From Antechinus flavipes (Eukaryota), in assembly GCF_016432865.1 (NCBI RefSeq), contig NC_067401.1, positions 185,752,001 to 185,816,000 of the forward strand: 64,000 bases of DNA, written 5' to 3'. A program made the position numbers and the translations under genes. A model generated the notes under the pieces. The model did no database searches and was not told the DNA's origin. It worked only from the letters and a program-made list of their open reading frames with translations. Each line of letters starts with the position of its first letter. Position 1 is the first letter of the stretch. Shown here one piece after another: positions 32,901-48,770 of this stretch.

Positions 32901-35900
32901 TTCCACCCTTGAACTGGTTGAGACTTCTTTAGTAGGGCAGAGATTTTGAAGGAAGGAGACTTTATAGGGAACCTTGTTGACAAGGCCCTGAAATTTAAGG
33001 GGTGGACTTGTTGGTATGAGATATTTTACAAACTGTTTTTGAAGAATTTTTACCTAGTGATCTGGGTTGGTGGAGGGACTCTTCTGGGGAAATTTTTTGT
33101 AAACGAAGGACTCCTACAGTTTTGACTAACCTTTTGTAACAAGAATTGAGTCACGTTTGCAAAGGGGAGGAGCCGTTGAGTTAAAATTGAAGGAGACAAA
33201 ATAAGAGGCTAAATAATAGAGGCAAAATATAAGAGGGTAAAGAGAATGTACAGTAGTAGTTTTTGTCAGAGACTTCAACGTTTGGGAAAAGTTTGAGGTA
33301 TGGAGGCATGTGTAGTATGACATTTTGGTGATTCTGAGTAGTAGTTTTCCCCATCTATAAATCTTAGTTGGATTGAATGATACTTTGAATTGGATGTCCA
33401 CTTGGTGAGACATGAGAGGGAGAGAGACAGAGGGGAAGAGGGAGGGAGGAAGGGGGTGGGAAGAGAGTGAGAGAGACAAGACAGATACAGAGAGAGAGAG
33501 AGAGTGTGTGTATGTGTGTGTGTAGGTGAAGAGTTAAGTTTTTTACTCCAATTTGTTTTCCTCCATAGGACAAATATCCTTTTGTAAGGGAGAATTTAGG
33601 AGTACTCAAGCTTCTGGTGTACAAGAGTCTATAAATTGTCCCCACAACTTTTTAGTGAAATTCCAAATAAAACAGATTTTGCCCCATCTATGAGAGAAAG
33701 ATCTCCTGGATTTTAGGCAGTATTGACCCCTTCAGTTAGAGGCCATGGGCTTCATTTTTGACTTATTCTTTTTTCTCTACCACTATATTTAAGGAAAGTG
33801 AGAACCTGAGCCTTTGAACGTAGGGAGAGCTAGGATATGGGAGAGAAAAGTAAGGGATAAGGAAGAATTTGAGGCTGGGAGAATTCATAGCTCTGACATT
33901 TAATAGCTTTATAACTCCCAAACAAATAAGTTTCTCCATTCTGAAAATAGGGCGTATACTATAGTGAAGAAAGTTATTTTCAAACAGATGCCATATAAAT
34001 GTGAACTATTACTTTCACTACTGACACCACACTAGATTTGTCTTTCTGCTTGACCTTGCCTTACATCCTCTTCTTTCCAAACTCATGCTTCATTATATCC
34101 TAAGTATAGAAGGAGAGAATCTGGTCTTGGTACTGGGATTAGGGACCTCCAAAATGATCATCTCTATTGGTCTAAATCCCAGAGCTATGCTAGACTCTTA
34201 AAGTCCTCCTATTTCCAGGTAGCTCCCATTCTCTTTCTCTTGGCTACAGCTTGGAACATTTCCCTACATATGCATAAATGCATACTTTACATAGCATAAG
34301 CCGTTTTCTGTTCTCCAAATCAGGCCCTAAATTGAGGTGGAGAAAACAGAATGGAGAGATTTCATGGAAGTGGGAAGACAAGACATTTGGATTTCTAGAA
34401 AACAGCTTTGTGTCAAGAAGTCTAGGTTTCGATAAGTAGTAAGATCTTGGGTTCTGTAAATGAGGATATCAATCCAAAGGGACTTTGGGTTTAAGTAGAG
34501 TGGAATATCCAACCTTCTCCAGTAGAAGCCTCCAGAGGTGGGTTCAAATTCCACCTCAAGATACAAGTTTTATATTAGTTATGTGAGGCAAATAATTTAA
34601 TCCCTCTGAGCCTTAGTTTCCTTATGTGTAAAGTGAGGGGACTAATTGTTTTAGTTCTACATCTGGTACATGAGGGCTGGGAATTAGAATTATTCTGAGC
34701 CAGGGGGAGGGAGAAAGAAATTAATGCTTTGGGCTTTCTGATAACCAGTCAAATCTGCCTAAAAAGTTGGGGCTTTTGAGTAATTAGACTGAGCACCTAG
34801 AGAGACTTGCCTTGGGGGCCAAGGTCCTATGTAACCCATGACTGCTAGTGATGATGGAAGTGGACAGGTGGCTGGTTAAAATAGGCTTCATGGCCCTTGG
34901 CCTGAAGAACTTAACTGACCTGACAATCTCTGAATATACTTAGGCCCAGGTGAGATTGACCCTTCAGTTCCCAATCAGATCCCAGACCCCCATTCCCCTT
35001 CAGAGACCCAGGAGTTCCTCTCAGTCTTCAGTTCTTTTCCTCAGAAGAATAGTCATTCCAATTGACACTATTCAGGAATCAGAGACCCAGATATCTAAAG
35101 CTCATTTCAGTTTTTGATGTCAATATTAAGAATTGCTATAAAATATCTTTGGGATAGTGAGGGCTAGGATAGAACTTTGTGGGTGCCTTTTATAGGAAAA
35201 AAGTTTCCTCTAGTAAAAAGTCCTAATACTTCCTTCTTGCTTCTAGATAATTCAGTATCAGACTGTTCGATATGACATCCTTCCTCTATCCCCTGTGTCC
35301 CGAAACCGGCTTGGTGAGTACCTGGACCTTGGGAAACAATCGAAGGCTAAAAGTGAGAGTAGGATGGATGGAGCCTGAAGATCAGTTACTAGTAAATGTC
35401 TTGGAGAAGCTAAAAGGCCCTGGAACAAGGGTTTTATCTTTTTTCTCTCCCTCTGCTTCTAGGCCAAGTAAAGCGAAAGATACTAGTGCTGGATTTGGAT
35501 GAAACTCTTATTCACTCCCACCATGATGGAGTTCTGAGGCCTACAGTTCGACCAGGAACACCTCCTGACTTCATTCTCAAGGTCTGAGGGTGAATGGGAT
35601 GAATGTATATGCCACTACTTTGCCCTCTTCTCTCTGTGTCCCCATTACCTTTTACTCTTCATCTCCTTTGGGGTTTTCTGTTCCCTGCACCTTGGGACTG
35701 GGATAAGCCTGGTTGGGCAAAAGTCTCTCCAGGGAGGGGATGATAGTAGGGCTTCCCCCCAGCCCCTCCTTGTCCCCCCCACAGGTCGTAATAGACAAAC
35801 ATCCTGTCCGTTTTTTTGTACATAAGAGGCCCCATGTGGACTTCTTCTTAGAAGTGGTAAGTTTGGGGTAGGGGGTTGGGGGGATGGGTATTTAGAAAAA

Positions 35901-38445
35901 AATTTTCAGAATCTAAATATAGAGGCTATAAATGATTGGGATTATTCAGTGTTGAGATTGGGGGAGGGGGAGGGAGAGAGGGAGGATAGAGGTTAATTGT
36001 ATTAGGAGGAGACTTGGAAGAAGAGCAATATAGTAGTGATGGGAATTGGAATTAGCAGGGTGGTATTATTGTGGTCTTATTCAACTTTAGCTGTTGCCAT
36101 GGGCTTCTATTTTTGAGCCTTCTGTCCTTACCCTTTGAATCTGGGAGCAGTATATATTGACCCAGAGATATAATCAGGATTATGAGTTTGGTATCTGGTT
36201 CATAAAGATGTGAGCCTCTCAGTCTGGGATAGCTTTCCATTTCCTTCCCCTTCAGGTGAGCCAGTGGTATGAGCTGGTTGTATTTACAGCAAGCATGGAG
36301 ATTTACGGTTCAGCTGTGGCTGACAAGTTGGACAATAGTCGGAGCATACTTAAGAGACGATACTACAGACAGGTGAGGGACCTGAGTTTTCTAGTTTTTG
36401 AAGAAAATAGGGCTTGGGAACCTAGATGTTAATGTCCTGAGTAAGCGGGTAGGTGGAGCAAAATCATCAGGCTAGGAGGTAACATCGATAACAGAACCCC
36501 TTTCTCTAGGTATATGGGCTAGGGAGGTGGCTTCCATTCCCTTTTCCCCTTTACTCTTTCCCTTCCCCTCTCCCCATTCCTTGCCAGGTTCTCAATTAAT
36601 GTGAGAACAATAAGAAATCTGGACAGGTTGGGATTTGAGGAACCAGCCCCGAAGGGGGTCTATCTCTTCTTAGCTAATGCCCTTGTCTATACCACCTCCC
36701 AGCACTGCACTTTGGAGTTGGGCAGCTACATCAAGGACCTCTCTGTGGTCCACAGTGACCTTTCCAGCATTGTGATCCTGGATAACTCCCCAGGAGCATA
36801 TAGGAGCCATCCAGGTAGGAGGGTTGAGGAAAGCCTAGAAAAATGGCCAGGGGAGGTGTGGTGGGTTCTTTATTCAGTCACTGATTGACTTGGGTGTGTG
36901 ACCTCTATAAAATGGGGAGACTCATCCCTTCGAACTCTTCTTCAGACTACTGTTCTTCAGACCTCTGTTGTAGGAATAAATCAATCATGTAAAATTACTT
37001 TGGGAGAGAGGCTTTTGTTTTTAAACTTTATCTCCCAGAAGTCCTAATTTATTGATAGCTTTTGCTTTTAAATACAGTATATAGTCTTAAAAAGTTTTTA
37101 AGTCAAATTGTTCTAAATGCAATTTGGGGGGGCACTTAAAAAATACTGTGACAGATTCTTTTGTAAACTAAATTATCTTTTCCAAATTTCTTTTACAAAA
37201 CTTGATTTTTTTTATCCTTTTTTTTTTTTTTTTTAAACCGAGGCAATTGGGGTTAAGTGACTTGCCCAGGGTCACACAGTTAGGAAGTGTTAAGTGTCTG
37301 AGATCAAATTTGAACTCAGGTCCTCCTGACTTCAGGGCTGGTGCTCTATCCACTGAACTACCTAGCTGCCCACAAAGCTTGATTTTCAAATGTTGCAATT
37401 AAATTTTAATAGATAATTTTTCTGTAGCTTTCTATGCTCACATCAAACAACTATAAAATATAGCTAATTTTTGTATAGGGGGAATAAAGGATATTCAAGA
37501 AAGAGGTATTTTGAAGGACCACTTGAGTTGGTTGTTGTTCAAGTAACAAATATGGGCATTAAAAGGAGTGCACACACTTAACCTATATCAGATTATTTGC
37601 TGTCTCAGGAAGGGGAGATTTAAGGGAGAAAAATTTAGAATACAAAAGTTTTACAAAAATGTTGAAAACTATCTTTACATGTATTTGGAAAATTACAATA
37701 CTATTAAAAAAACCCCAAAAACTTAAATATGTACTTGTCTAACCTTGAATAGATTACTTAAACTTTCTGAGCCCCTTTCCTCATTTATAAAATAAAGGTA
37801 ATAATAATGCATTGCATTACATAATACAGGATTGTTGTAAGGCAGGTAAAACTTGATAAGTTATCTCTAGAAACTTGCTCATTTCTATTTTCTTGATTCC
37901 TACCTTCCAGACAATGCCATCCCAATCAAGTCCTGGTTTAGTGACCCCAGTGACACAGCACTCCTCAACCTGCTCCCTATGCTGGATGCTCTCAGGTGAG
38001 AAAGCTAGGGTTGGATACTTGGGTCTGGGTACTGGAGAGGTATAGTAGAATGAATGCTAGACCTAGAGTAAGGAAGACCTGGTTTTCAGGCCCACTTCTG
38101 ACACTTCTAGCTGTGTGACTATCCCTTAACCTGCCATCTATAAAATGGGATTAATATCTGTAGTATTACTTCCATCACAGGATTGTTCTGTCATGATCAA
38201 ATGAGATAATTTATGTAAAGTGCTTTGTAGATCTTAACACTGTATAAAATATCTTTTGTTAATTTTGTTGTTATATTCTTGAGGAAATTAGGGGCTGGAG
38301 GAAAAGGAGACCTAGGGATCCTGAATCCTTTTGTCAAGTGGGTGAATGTTTATCCCCTACTATTCCCTTCTTCCCCTACCCCAGGTTTACTGCCGACGTC
38401 CGCTCTGTGCTGAGCCGAAACCTTCACCAACATCGGCTCTGGTGA
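32604..38445 (+). CDS. CTDNEP1: CTD nuclear envelope phosphatase 1 (Dullard), 244 aa, 8 exons
   Basis: Exons 32604-32705, 35247-35313, 35463-35581, 35785-35856, 36256-36372, 36703-36814, 37911-37995, 38385-38445; total 735 nt. HAD catalytic motif DLDET; ends [14 protein letters not shown] at 38987-38992. Confidence 0.98.
33467..33523. repeat. (GA)n(GT)n microsatellite
   Basis: Visible repeats. Confidence 0.85.
37218..37371 (-). mobile_element. Young WSINE1-like SINE in CTDNEP1 intron 6
   Basis: 17-nt T tail, then GAGGCAATTGGGGTTAAGTGACTTGCCCAGGGTCACACAG...CCACTGAACTACCTAGCTGCCC. Confidence 0.9.
38030..38250 (+). mobile_element. MIR-family SINE in CTDNEP1 intron 7
   Basis: CTAGACCTAGAGTAAGGAAGACCTGG...CTAGCTGTGTGACT...ATCTATAAAATGGGA...ATGAGATAAT..ATGTAAAGTGCTTTG. 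Confidence 0.75.
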
Positions 38446-39279
38446 CAGCTACTCCCCCACCCCCATCCCCCCACGCACACAAATGGAGCGGGGGAAGGGA
38501 GGGAGAGCCCTTGGGCTGCTTGCTCCATCCCTAGCCCATTTCTGAGGACTGCCTGGCCTGGGCCATCTACACTCCACTTGGAGGCCAGATGGACATACAA
38601 GCCCAGATACTGAAACAGCCTCACCATGTTCACACACTCCCTGGAAACTCCAGGTTGGGATACAGACTGTGGCCTGGGAGGGCCAAAACAGCCCCCATGT
38701 CAGGGGTGAAAGACTGGTCAGAGGTAGGGAGAGACTGACCTGGGAGGGTCAGACAGATGCTAAATCAGCTCTGTTGTGATTTGATTTTTTTTTAAAAACT
38801 TGTAAAAAACAGATCTAATTCTTCACTGCTACTCTTGAGGGGTGGGTTTGGCAGGGGAACAGGGCTTCGTCCAGCCCACTGATTGCTGCCCTCCTCAACA
38901 TCTTACCAACTCTTCCTCTCTTCCCCTTTCCATTTCCCACTTCTACCTCTTCTCAACCAAGGTCTCCTATCACCATTGAACCCTGTATTAAAGTGCCCAG
39001 ATTTTGAGAATTGGGGAAAGAGGATGGGTGGGCCACTGGGAAGGGGTATTTATTGCCTCATCCTCCCCTGCTTTAGGGAGAGGAAATAAGAGTTTTGGTG
39101 AAGGCTAGTGGACAGGAGCCACGAAAGGGACGTTTTGCCTAGTGGTAGAGGATTGTCTGAGGGAGTCCTGTGCTGCCTCTGCATGGGAAGAGAGGCTGGT
39201 CAGAAGTGGTAGAGAATAGAGTGGTTGTTTACAAATGCCCCGTTTGGGCCTGAGGGAAGGGGTCAGCACACAGATTCCG

Positions 39280-41891
<2,612 letters not shown>

Positions 41892-42669
41892 AGCTGCCTG
41901 CTGCCCCTGGGTGGGGGGGCCCTTCTCTAAGAAGAGTGAGGGTTCCCCTCTCTCTTCCTCTCCTTCTCCCTTACCTACCCCATTCTCCTCAGTTTCTTCC
42001 CCCTGCTGGAAGAAAAACACCATCACCTCTTGTCAGGACCTGCAATTTGCAATGTTTAATACTCTCTTTCCTTCAGCCCATTCTGGCCGGGTTTGGGGAG
42101 GGCAAGGGTAGGGGAGACCCCTCAATGTCTCTATTTTCTTTTTTTCTCCCTTGGACCTAAACCTTTTTCTGCCCCTTCCTATCCCCCCTCTCCCTCTCCT
42201 CCAATCTTTTCTTGGTTGTCAATTCCCTTTTTCTCTTTGTCTCACTGATTGTTTCGGTTTCTGTTCCTTCCCAGACTTCCCAAGGGACGTCGGTTCCTAC
42301 AATTCCTCCTCTCTCCTCCACTTCCATCATCTTCCCTCCCACGGGATCGGGGTGGAGGGGTGGGAATGGGCAGGGGGTGGAGAAGATCAATAAAGAAACC
42401 ACCAACTTAACTGCCTTGTTTCCTGCCCTTTTTCTGCTCTTCGTCGTGGGGCCCATGAAGGTTGAAATAGGACTGTCTTTACCTGCTCCCTTCCCTTAGG
42501 CTCGTCACAGTGGGAAGGATCGATTCCTCTCCCATGGAATTAGTTCGGAGACAACATTGTCACATCTACATTTAACACAAATAGTGTTAAGAATATCCCA
42601 GTGTACACGGAAGGGACTCTTGCCTGACTAAAGGGGAAAATCACTTTAACCCAAGCTAAGACAGTGATC

Positions 42670-43560
42670 ATGTCTCCCTGCAGTCCCGGCTTCCGCCTGA
42701 TTGGAAGCGCCCTTGAGAAGTGGAGAAGTAGCAGAGAGGCGGTAAGGTGGCCGGAAGCTACGATTCTCCCTTCCTTTCTTTTTTACGATCCCGCCCAGCC
42801 TACAGTTCCCGGCAGCCCGTGCGGTCATTCACCACCACCCACCGCCACCCCTTAGCTCCTTTCCCCGCCAGTGGAGGAGACGAGAAAGCTGTGCGCCTGC
42901 GCATAGACTAGGACTGCTGGGAATTGTAGTAACGCTGGTCTTCGCTGTCCACGTATATCTACATAAACCAGGACTACGTACCCCGTGGTGCATTGCGCGT
43001 TGGAGGCGGAGGGTGGAGAGGAAGGGGGGAGGGGAGGAGTAGGGAGCAGGCGGCAGGCGACGCGGGGGGGTGGGGGGGGGGTCCGGTCCGGGAGTGCGGG
43101 AGGCGGCAGGAGCCAGGCGGTTCAACCACAAGGGACAGAGGAGCTCGGGAGAAGACAGGGTAGCAGGACGGAACCCGAACTTGAGCTGGGGTTAGGGTTG
43201 AGACAGTCTCAGGAGGGTGGAAGACTATAGAGGCACCGGAGACAGCACCGGGAGTCTGGGGGTGGGGGGTGGGGGGAGGGGCGGTGCGGTGGCGATGCTG
43301 GAAGCCATGGCGGAGCCCAGCCCCGAAGGTGAGCCTGGGGACCCGGAGTTGGTGACTGGGAAACTTGGGGGGCGGGGAGCTCCGTAGAGCCCCGGGGGAG
43401 GGGGTGATGAGTTGGGATACCAGGACCGGGAAGCGGAGGCTGAAGGAACTGGAGGGAGAGGTCGGACGTTCGGAAGGGGTGAGGGAGGGCCCTTGGACTG
43501 GGCCGGAAGGGGGGAGCTGGGCAGCCTGTGGGGAACGGCCTTTTGGTGCTGCTTTTCGGG
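42670..43560 (+). promoter_or_regulatory. PHF23 CpG-island promoter with ZNF143/ACTACA motifs
   Basis: CTGCTGGGAATTGTAGT at 42914-42930 (reverse ACTACAATTCCCAGCAG); related CTACAGTTCCCGGCAGCC about 42800; CCGGAAG ETS-like core; G-run clusters at 43060-43285. Confidence 0.7.
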
Positions 43561-46500
43561 CAGGGAGGGGATCTGCTGTGGATCTGGGTGCAGTTAGGGG
43601 GTTCAAGAATAGGAAGTGAATGTGAAATAGGATAAAATTGGAGGTGCCGAGCTAGGTAATTTTTGGGGGCTTGTGGATCCAGGTTAGTTGAGGAACAGCC
43701 CGGAGGAGAAAGGATGGGGAACTGCTGCGGGGGAGGGGTGCTGTGGAACTGGGTAACTGCTGGGAGGGGGAGGTGACTGGAGTCTGGGAGCTGCTGGGGG
43801 AGGGGAAGGGTGGCTAAGGAACTGGAGCCGGGGAGTTGATTGGTAGGGGCTGGAAGAGCCATGAGGACCAGAAACTAGAGACTTGTCCAGGACTTAATAG
43901 AGGGGATTGTAACTGGGAGAAAATGGGCTGGAGGGAGAAGCTGAAAACAAGAGGAGCCTAAGAGTGGGCCTCCTTCACCTTCTAAACACACCCCCAAGCT
44001 GAGAAGCCGGGAAATGGGAGAAGGTTGGAGGGAGTAGAGAGTTTTGAGGTATGAAATATTGAGTCTGAGAATAGTGATAGAGTATGGACAGAATACTAAG
44101 CAGAATGTCTACAAGTTAAAGAATACGACCTAGGGAATCTTCTAATTGAGTTGGGGGAGGTAAGCTTCATGTCCAGGCTTGAGAATAAGGTCTTGAGATG
44201 TGATGAGGAGGAGGGATATTTTGAAACTAGACTAAACCCTCAGACCTTTGAACTGGTCTGAAAAGAGAACAGAGAATAGAATAGTTGGACCCAGGGCATG
44301 ATGATGTGGGAGTGTCCCAACCAAAGGATGGGGAGTGGGAGCTTCATATAAAGGGCAACAGAAAAGCCAGGATTCTTGGGGCCTGGAAGAGTAACAATGG
44401 AAAAAGTAGAGTAGAACCCGTAGAAACATCAATATGGGAGGACAAATGCAAGCCAGTCTTAGAAGACTGGGCAATGAGCTAGGGAAGATTACTTGGAAAG
44501 AAAATAGAAGCAGAATCTCTCAGGCCTCACTGCTGTAGGAAGGAAAGGAGAAAAGAGAAATGGGGTCCTTAAAGAAGAATAATGTTGAGGGAAAGAAACA
44601 TATGTATGATTTTGCAGTCCCTTGACATAGCTCTTTTATTTTTTTTCCCAGATCTTCCTCCGAACTTGAAGCCAGAGGCCCAGGTGAGATTTCCCTCTTC
44701 CTACTCCAACTTAAGCTCCCATTAAGGAACAAGACATAAATCCCCCCCCCCCCCCCTCTTTCCCCTGCTACCCCAGGTCTACTTTTCTTCAAGGGACTTC
44801 TGGATCACTGTACCCTTTGGGGGGATCCAAGTTTCTGCTTCCTTGATCCACCCCAATCCTTATATTCTTTTTCTATAGCCCCCTGAAAAACGAAGGCGAA
44901 CAATTGAAGACTTCAACAAATTTTGCAGTTTTGTCTTGGCATATGCTGGCTACATTCCCTCCAGCAAAGAGGTAGGGCAATGGTCTTAGGGACGGGACAT
45001 GAAGGATTTGGATAAAAGGGAAGGGGGAGGGTAAGCTAAACTAAAATTTAAGAAGACTGGAGGGGATAAAGCAGAATTCAGGGGTAGTTTCAGAAGTCTA
45101 GAAGGTTATGAAGAATGAAATGGATAGGTGAATCTGGTGTTGGGAGATGTGATAGGATGGAGAATTGAAGGATATTGAAAATGGAGAAATTATGGGGATT
45201 CAAGAGGATTAGAATTAGTGGTAGAATTAGAATTAATGCAGCTAGTTGGGGTAGGGCAGAATTAGGGAAATAGGACAATTGGGTTATAATAGTTTTGTTT
45301 GGGATTTTGAGTATCCTGGAAAAGTTTTTGAGGTTCTTGGGGACACTCATGGGATCTTGTGGGGGAGTAGAGGTAAGAAGATTGAAGGTATCCAGTGTTT
45401 CATTTAGTGTCATGAATCCTTGGCTCAAATCTTGTCCAAGATAATCATTAGCAATGATCACAGGCATCTATAAAATTGGGGTGATACTTAAACTGTCTAT
45501 TTAAAGAATTCCATTTGCAAACCTTAATAGCTCTGTGTACTGTGGATGGTTATTTATATTAATATGATTAAGATTAAAATAATAGATCATGGGGGGGGGG
45601 GGGAATAGCAAAAGGGGTTCTGGAAGCAAAAGGGGTGTTTGGGGATTGTTGGCCTTTGCAGAGAATTGGTTGAACTTGGAGAATTTTAACTGTGCAAGAG
45701 TCTTAGATTTTAGACAACTAGTCTAGTATCTGCTTGTGGTTTAGTCTGATGTACCTGAAGGTGTGGGGAATGGAGTTGGAACTTTGTTGAAATAGAGCAC
45801 CAATACTTACCCTCCCTTCCCACCCACCCCTAGGAAAGTGACTGGCCAGCCTCTGGCTCTAGTTCACCATTTCGGGGAGAGAGTGCTGCAGATAGTGATG
45901 GCTGGGATTCAGCCCCTTCAGACCTTCGAACCATCCAGACTTTTGTCAAAAAGGCTAAATCTTCCAAGAGGAGGGCTGCCCAAACAGGCCCCCCTCCACC
46001 AGGGCCCACCTTTCCTCGACTGCAGGCCTCTGACAATGCTACACTGCTTGAGAAGATGAAGCTTAAGGACTCTCTCTTTGATCTGGATGGACCCAAAGTG
46101 GCACCCCCTCTGGTCCCTGCACCCCCAACACATGCTCCTCGGCCCCCTACTACCCTTACCCCTGTCATTGCTTCCCAGGAGGATCTCCCTCAACCTTCCC
46201 GAAAAAAGGACCGAAAGAACCGAAAATTGGGGCCAGGTGGGGGAGGAAACTTTGGAGTGCTTCGGAGGCCCAGGTCAGCTCCTGCAGATGGTGAGAAGAG
46301 ATCAAGAATAAAGAAGAGTAAGAAGCGAAAGTTGAAAAAGCCGGAGAGGGGGGATCGACCCCCCCCTTCTGGGCCCCCTCGGGCCCTTCCCAGTGACACA
46401 GACTCTGAAGAAGAGGAAGAGGAAGAGGAGGAGGAAGAAGATGAAATAGTAGCAGTGACAACAGCAGTAGCAGGCAGTTGTGGGGGTGAAGCCCCAGCTT

Positions 46501-47060
46501 CTTTGCTCCCTCCACCCCCTGAGGCCCCTCGGCCCCTCACCTCAACCCCACCAGGAGGTATCCCTACAGAGAGTGAAGCCAAGGAAGTGGGGAGCACAGA
46601 GACGAGCCAGGATGGGGATGGGAGCTCCAGTGAGGGTGAAATGCGGGTAATGGATGAGGACATCATGGTAGAATCAGGTAAGAAGGGTGTTTGAGGGAAA
46701 TACTGGGGAGAAGGGAGTGGGAATAGAGAAGGACATATACTTTTGTCCCTGAAGGGAGTAGTGGGTTCTTTGGGATGGGGGAGTGCTTGAATTTCTGTAG
46801 ACTGACTCCTCAGCAGAAACTGATCACAAACATCCCTTCTCCCAGGCGATGACTCATGGGACTTGATCACCTGTTATTGCCAGAAGCCTTTTGCAGGGAG
46901 GCCCATGATTGAGTGCAGTTTATGTGGAACATGGATCCATCTTTCATGTGCTAAGATTAAGAAGACCAACGTCCCTGATATATTTTACTGCCAGAAGTGC
47001 AAGGAGTTGCGACCAGAGGCCCGTCGGTCCAGTGGTCTCTCTAAGCCTGGAGAGCCCTAA
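43295..47060 (+). CDS. PHF23: PHD finger protein 23, 405 aa, 5 exons
   Basis: Exons 43295-43328, 44652-44683, 44879-44971, 45834-46677, 46846-47060; total 1218 nt. [11 protein letters not shown] start, poly-Glu tract, C-terminal [29 protein letters not shown]...CQKC. AATAAA at 47646-47651. Confidence 0.97.
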
Positions 47061-48059
47061 GATCCGACCCCCCCCCAAACCTCTTCTACTTCAAGTTGGA
47101 ACTCTTCCTAGAGACATCACCACCAAGATGGGGTCCCTATGTTGTCACTGATCCATTGGGATTTGAACACTGTCCTATTATGAGGTGGGGATTCTCAAGA
47201 AAGGCTTGCTTGGGAATGAATGGGTCTTTCCCCTCAAGCCTTTAGGACTTGAATTTTGATCCATTGAACAGGAAGGTGTCCCTCTTCCTAAGATTCCCTA
47301 CTTCATCCCTTCACTGTTCTGCCAGTTGATCCTGCTTACTCCCATATCCACCAGCCCAAACTAGGGTTGGAATCAGGGTGGGGTGAGGCAGTTGACTATA
47401 CCTCTAGTGTAACATAGCATTGCCTACCCCTTTCTTCCATCATTTGTTTGGATTCTTACCTTTTATTTTCTTGAACCCTTTCTCCTGTTTCTTTCCTTTT
47501 GAAAACCTTTTGGCTCAGGTGGCCAAAGGAAGGTTAACACATGGGTCTCTTGTCTTTTGTGTGGGACAGGTGATATTTCTATCATCTACCTACTTCTTTG
47601 TTTTAATAATATTGGCCAGCTGCTTGTACATACAGCGTGTTTGTAAATAAAACAAAGTGGGCTCTTTTGTGTTTATAGCCCTGTGACCCTTCACTTTCCT
47701 TCTTCGAAGGTATGTGTCTGATGTAGAAGAGAAGGGAAAGCAGTGCTAGATTATCATGTTCCCCCTGCTCCTCCCTTCCCGTCCCCCCCAATACTGAGAA
47801 CTAAACTGTTTGTTACTCTGTACAATGAAAGGACCCAGATCCTAAGGTTTCCTGGTTTACATATTCAAATATAGTTCTTTGGACCGTAAGTGGGGAAGTC
47901 TCTAATAGCTGGCTTTCAGCGAGGGTCTCTTCTCGGCAGAGAGAAGGGGAAACAGGACGATGAGCATATATGAGGACAGAAGTACAAGAGGGTTGGTGGT
48001 CTGTAAAGAAATGTGCGTTGTCTTACTCCTTGGATTGTAGTGGGAGTTGAGGATAATTT

Positions 48060-48770
48060 TAGGGGCGGGACTTTTGACTGGGGATTGGGAGATCGAAGGT
48101 GAGGGAAGAAACGGCAGCACCGTGGGTAGGCAGAGTCTGGGGAGTCCTCACGTGATTAGGGAGCCGAGAAGCCGGAAGTGAGGTGCACCACGTCACGTGA
48201 GGAGGCGGCAGTGGGAAGTGTGTGGCGTGAGGCTGGGTTGGAGGGCGAAGAGCTGGGAGGGCGTTCACTTTGAAGGTGTAAGTACTGCTGGTGTGGGGTG
48301 TGGAGAAGAGCGAGCCTGGGCTCCGCCTCCTCCCTTCACCTAGTCTGCTTGGGTTCGGTTGGCTAGGCCAGGCGCTTGTATGCGCAAGCGCGGCGGAATA
48401 GGCTCCTGGGCTCGGTCTGGTGGGAGAGGGGAGCATCAAGGCGGGGAGGGCGACGCGGTCGGACCATGGCGGGCAGCAGCGCCACTGGACTTAGCGGGGC
48501 CGGTGAGACGAAGGTGATTTACCATCTGGACGAAGAGGAAACTCCGTACCTGGTCAAGATCCCGGTCCCGGCCGAGCGCATCACCTTGGGAGACTTTAAG
48601 AGCGTCCTGCAGCGCCCCGCCGGGGCCAAATACTACTTCAAGTCAATGGACCAGGATTTCGGGTGAGCGCGGGGCCCAGGGCCCGCCCGAGCGGCCGGGA
48701 GGCGTGGCGGCGGTGGTGGCGCGGGGTCCGAGGGGCCACTGCCTTAGCCTGGCGGGACGATCCAAGTCTT
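48060..48770 (+). promoter_or_regulatory. DVL2 CpG-island promoter with two CACGTG E-boxes and an ETS site
   Basis: TCACGTGA 48148-48155, GTCACGTGA 48192-48200, CCGGAAGTG 48172-48180. Confidence 0.7.

Noticed and set aside
42974-43862. Long minus-strand ORFs (210 and 217 aa) at the PHF23 5' end
   Set aside because: Pro/Ser-rich products of G/C-rich low-complexity promoter and intron sequence; no recognisable domain.
45090-45467. 125-aa minus-strand ORF in PHF23 intron 3
   Set aside because: Reflects purine/pyrimidine strand skew; no motif or splice context.
45960-46060. Possible frameshift in PHF23 exon 4 suggested by the split ORF track
   Set aside because: Counting the C run gives GGC CCC CCT CCA CCA GGG CCC ACC TTT, in frame with MKLKD; the ORF at 45838 is a different frame.
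46190-46870. 226-aa antisense ORF over PHF23 exon 4
   Set aside because: Shadow ORF of a real GC-rich coding exon; its poly-Ser mirrors the poly-Glu tract.
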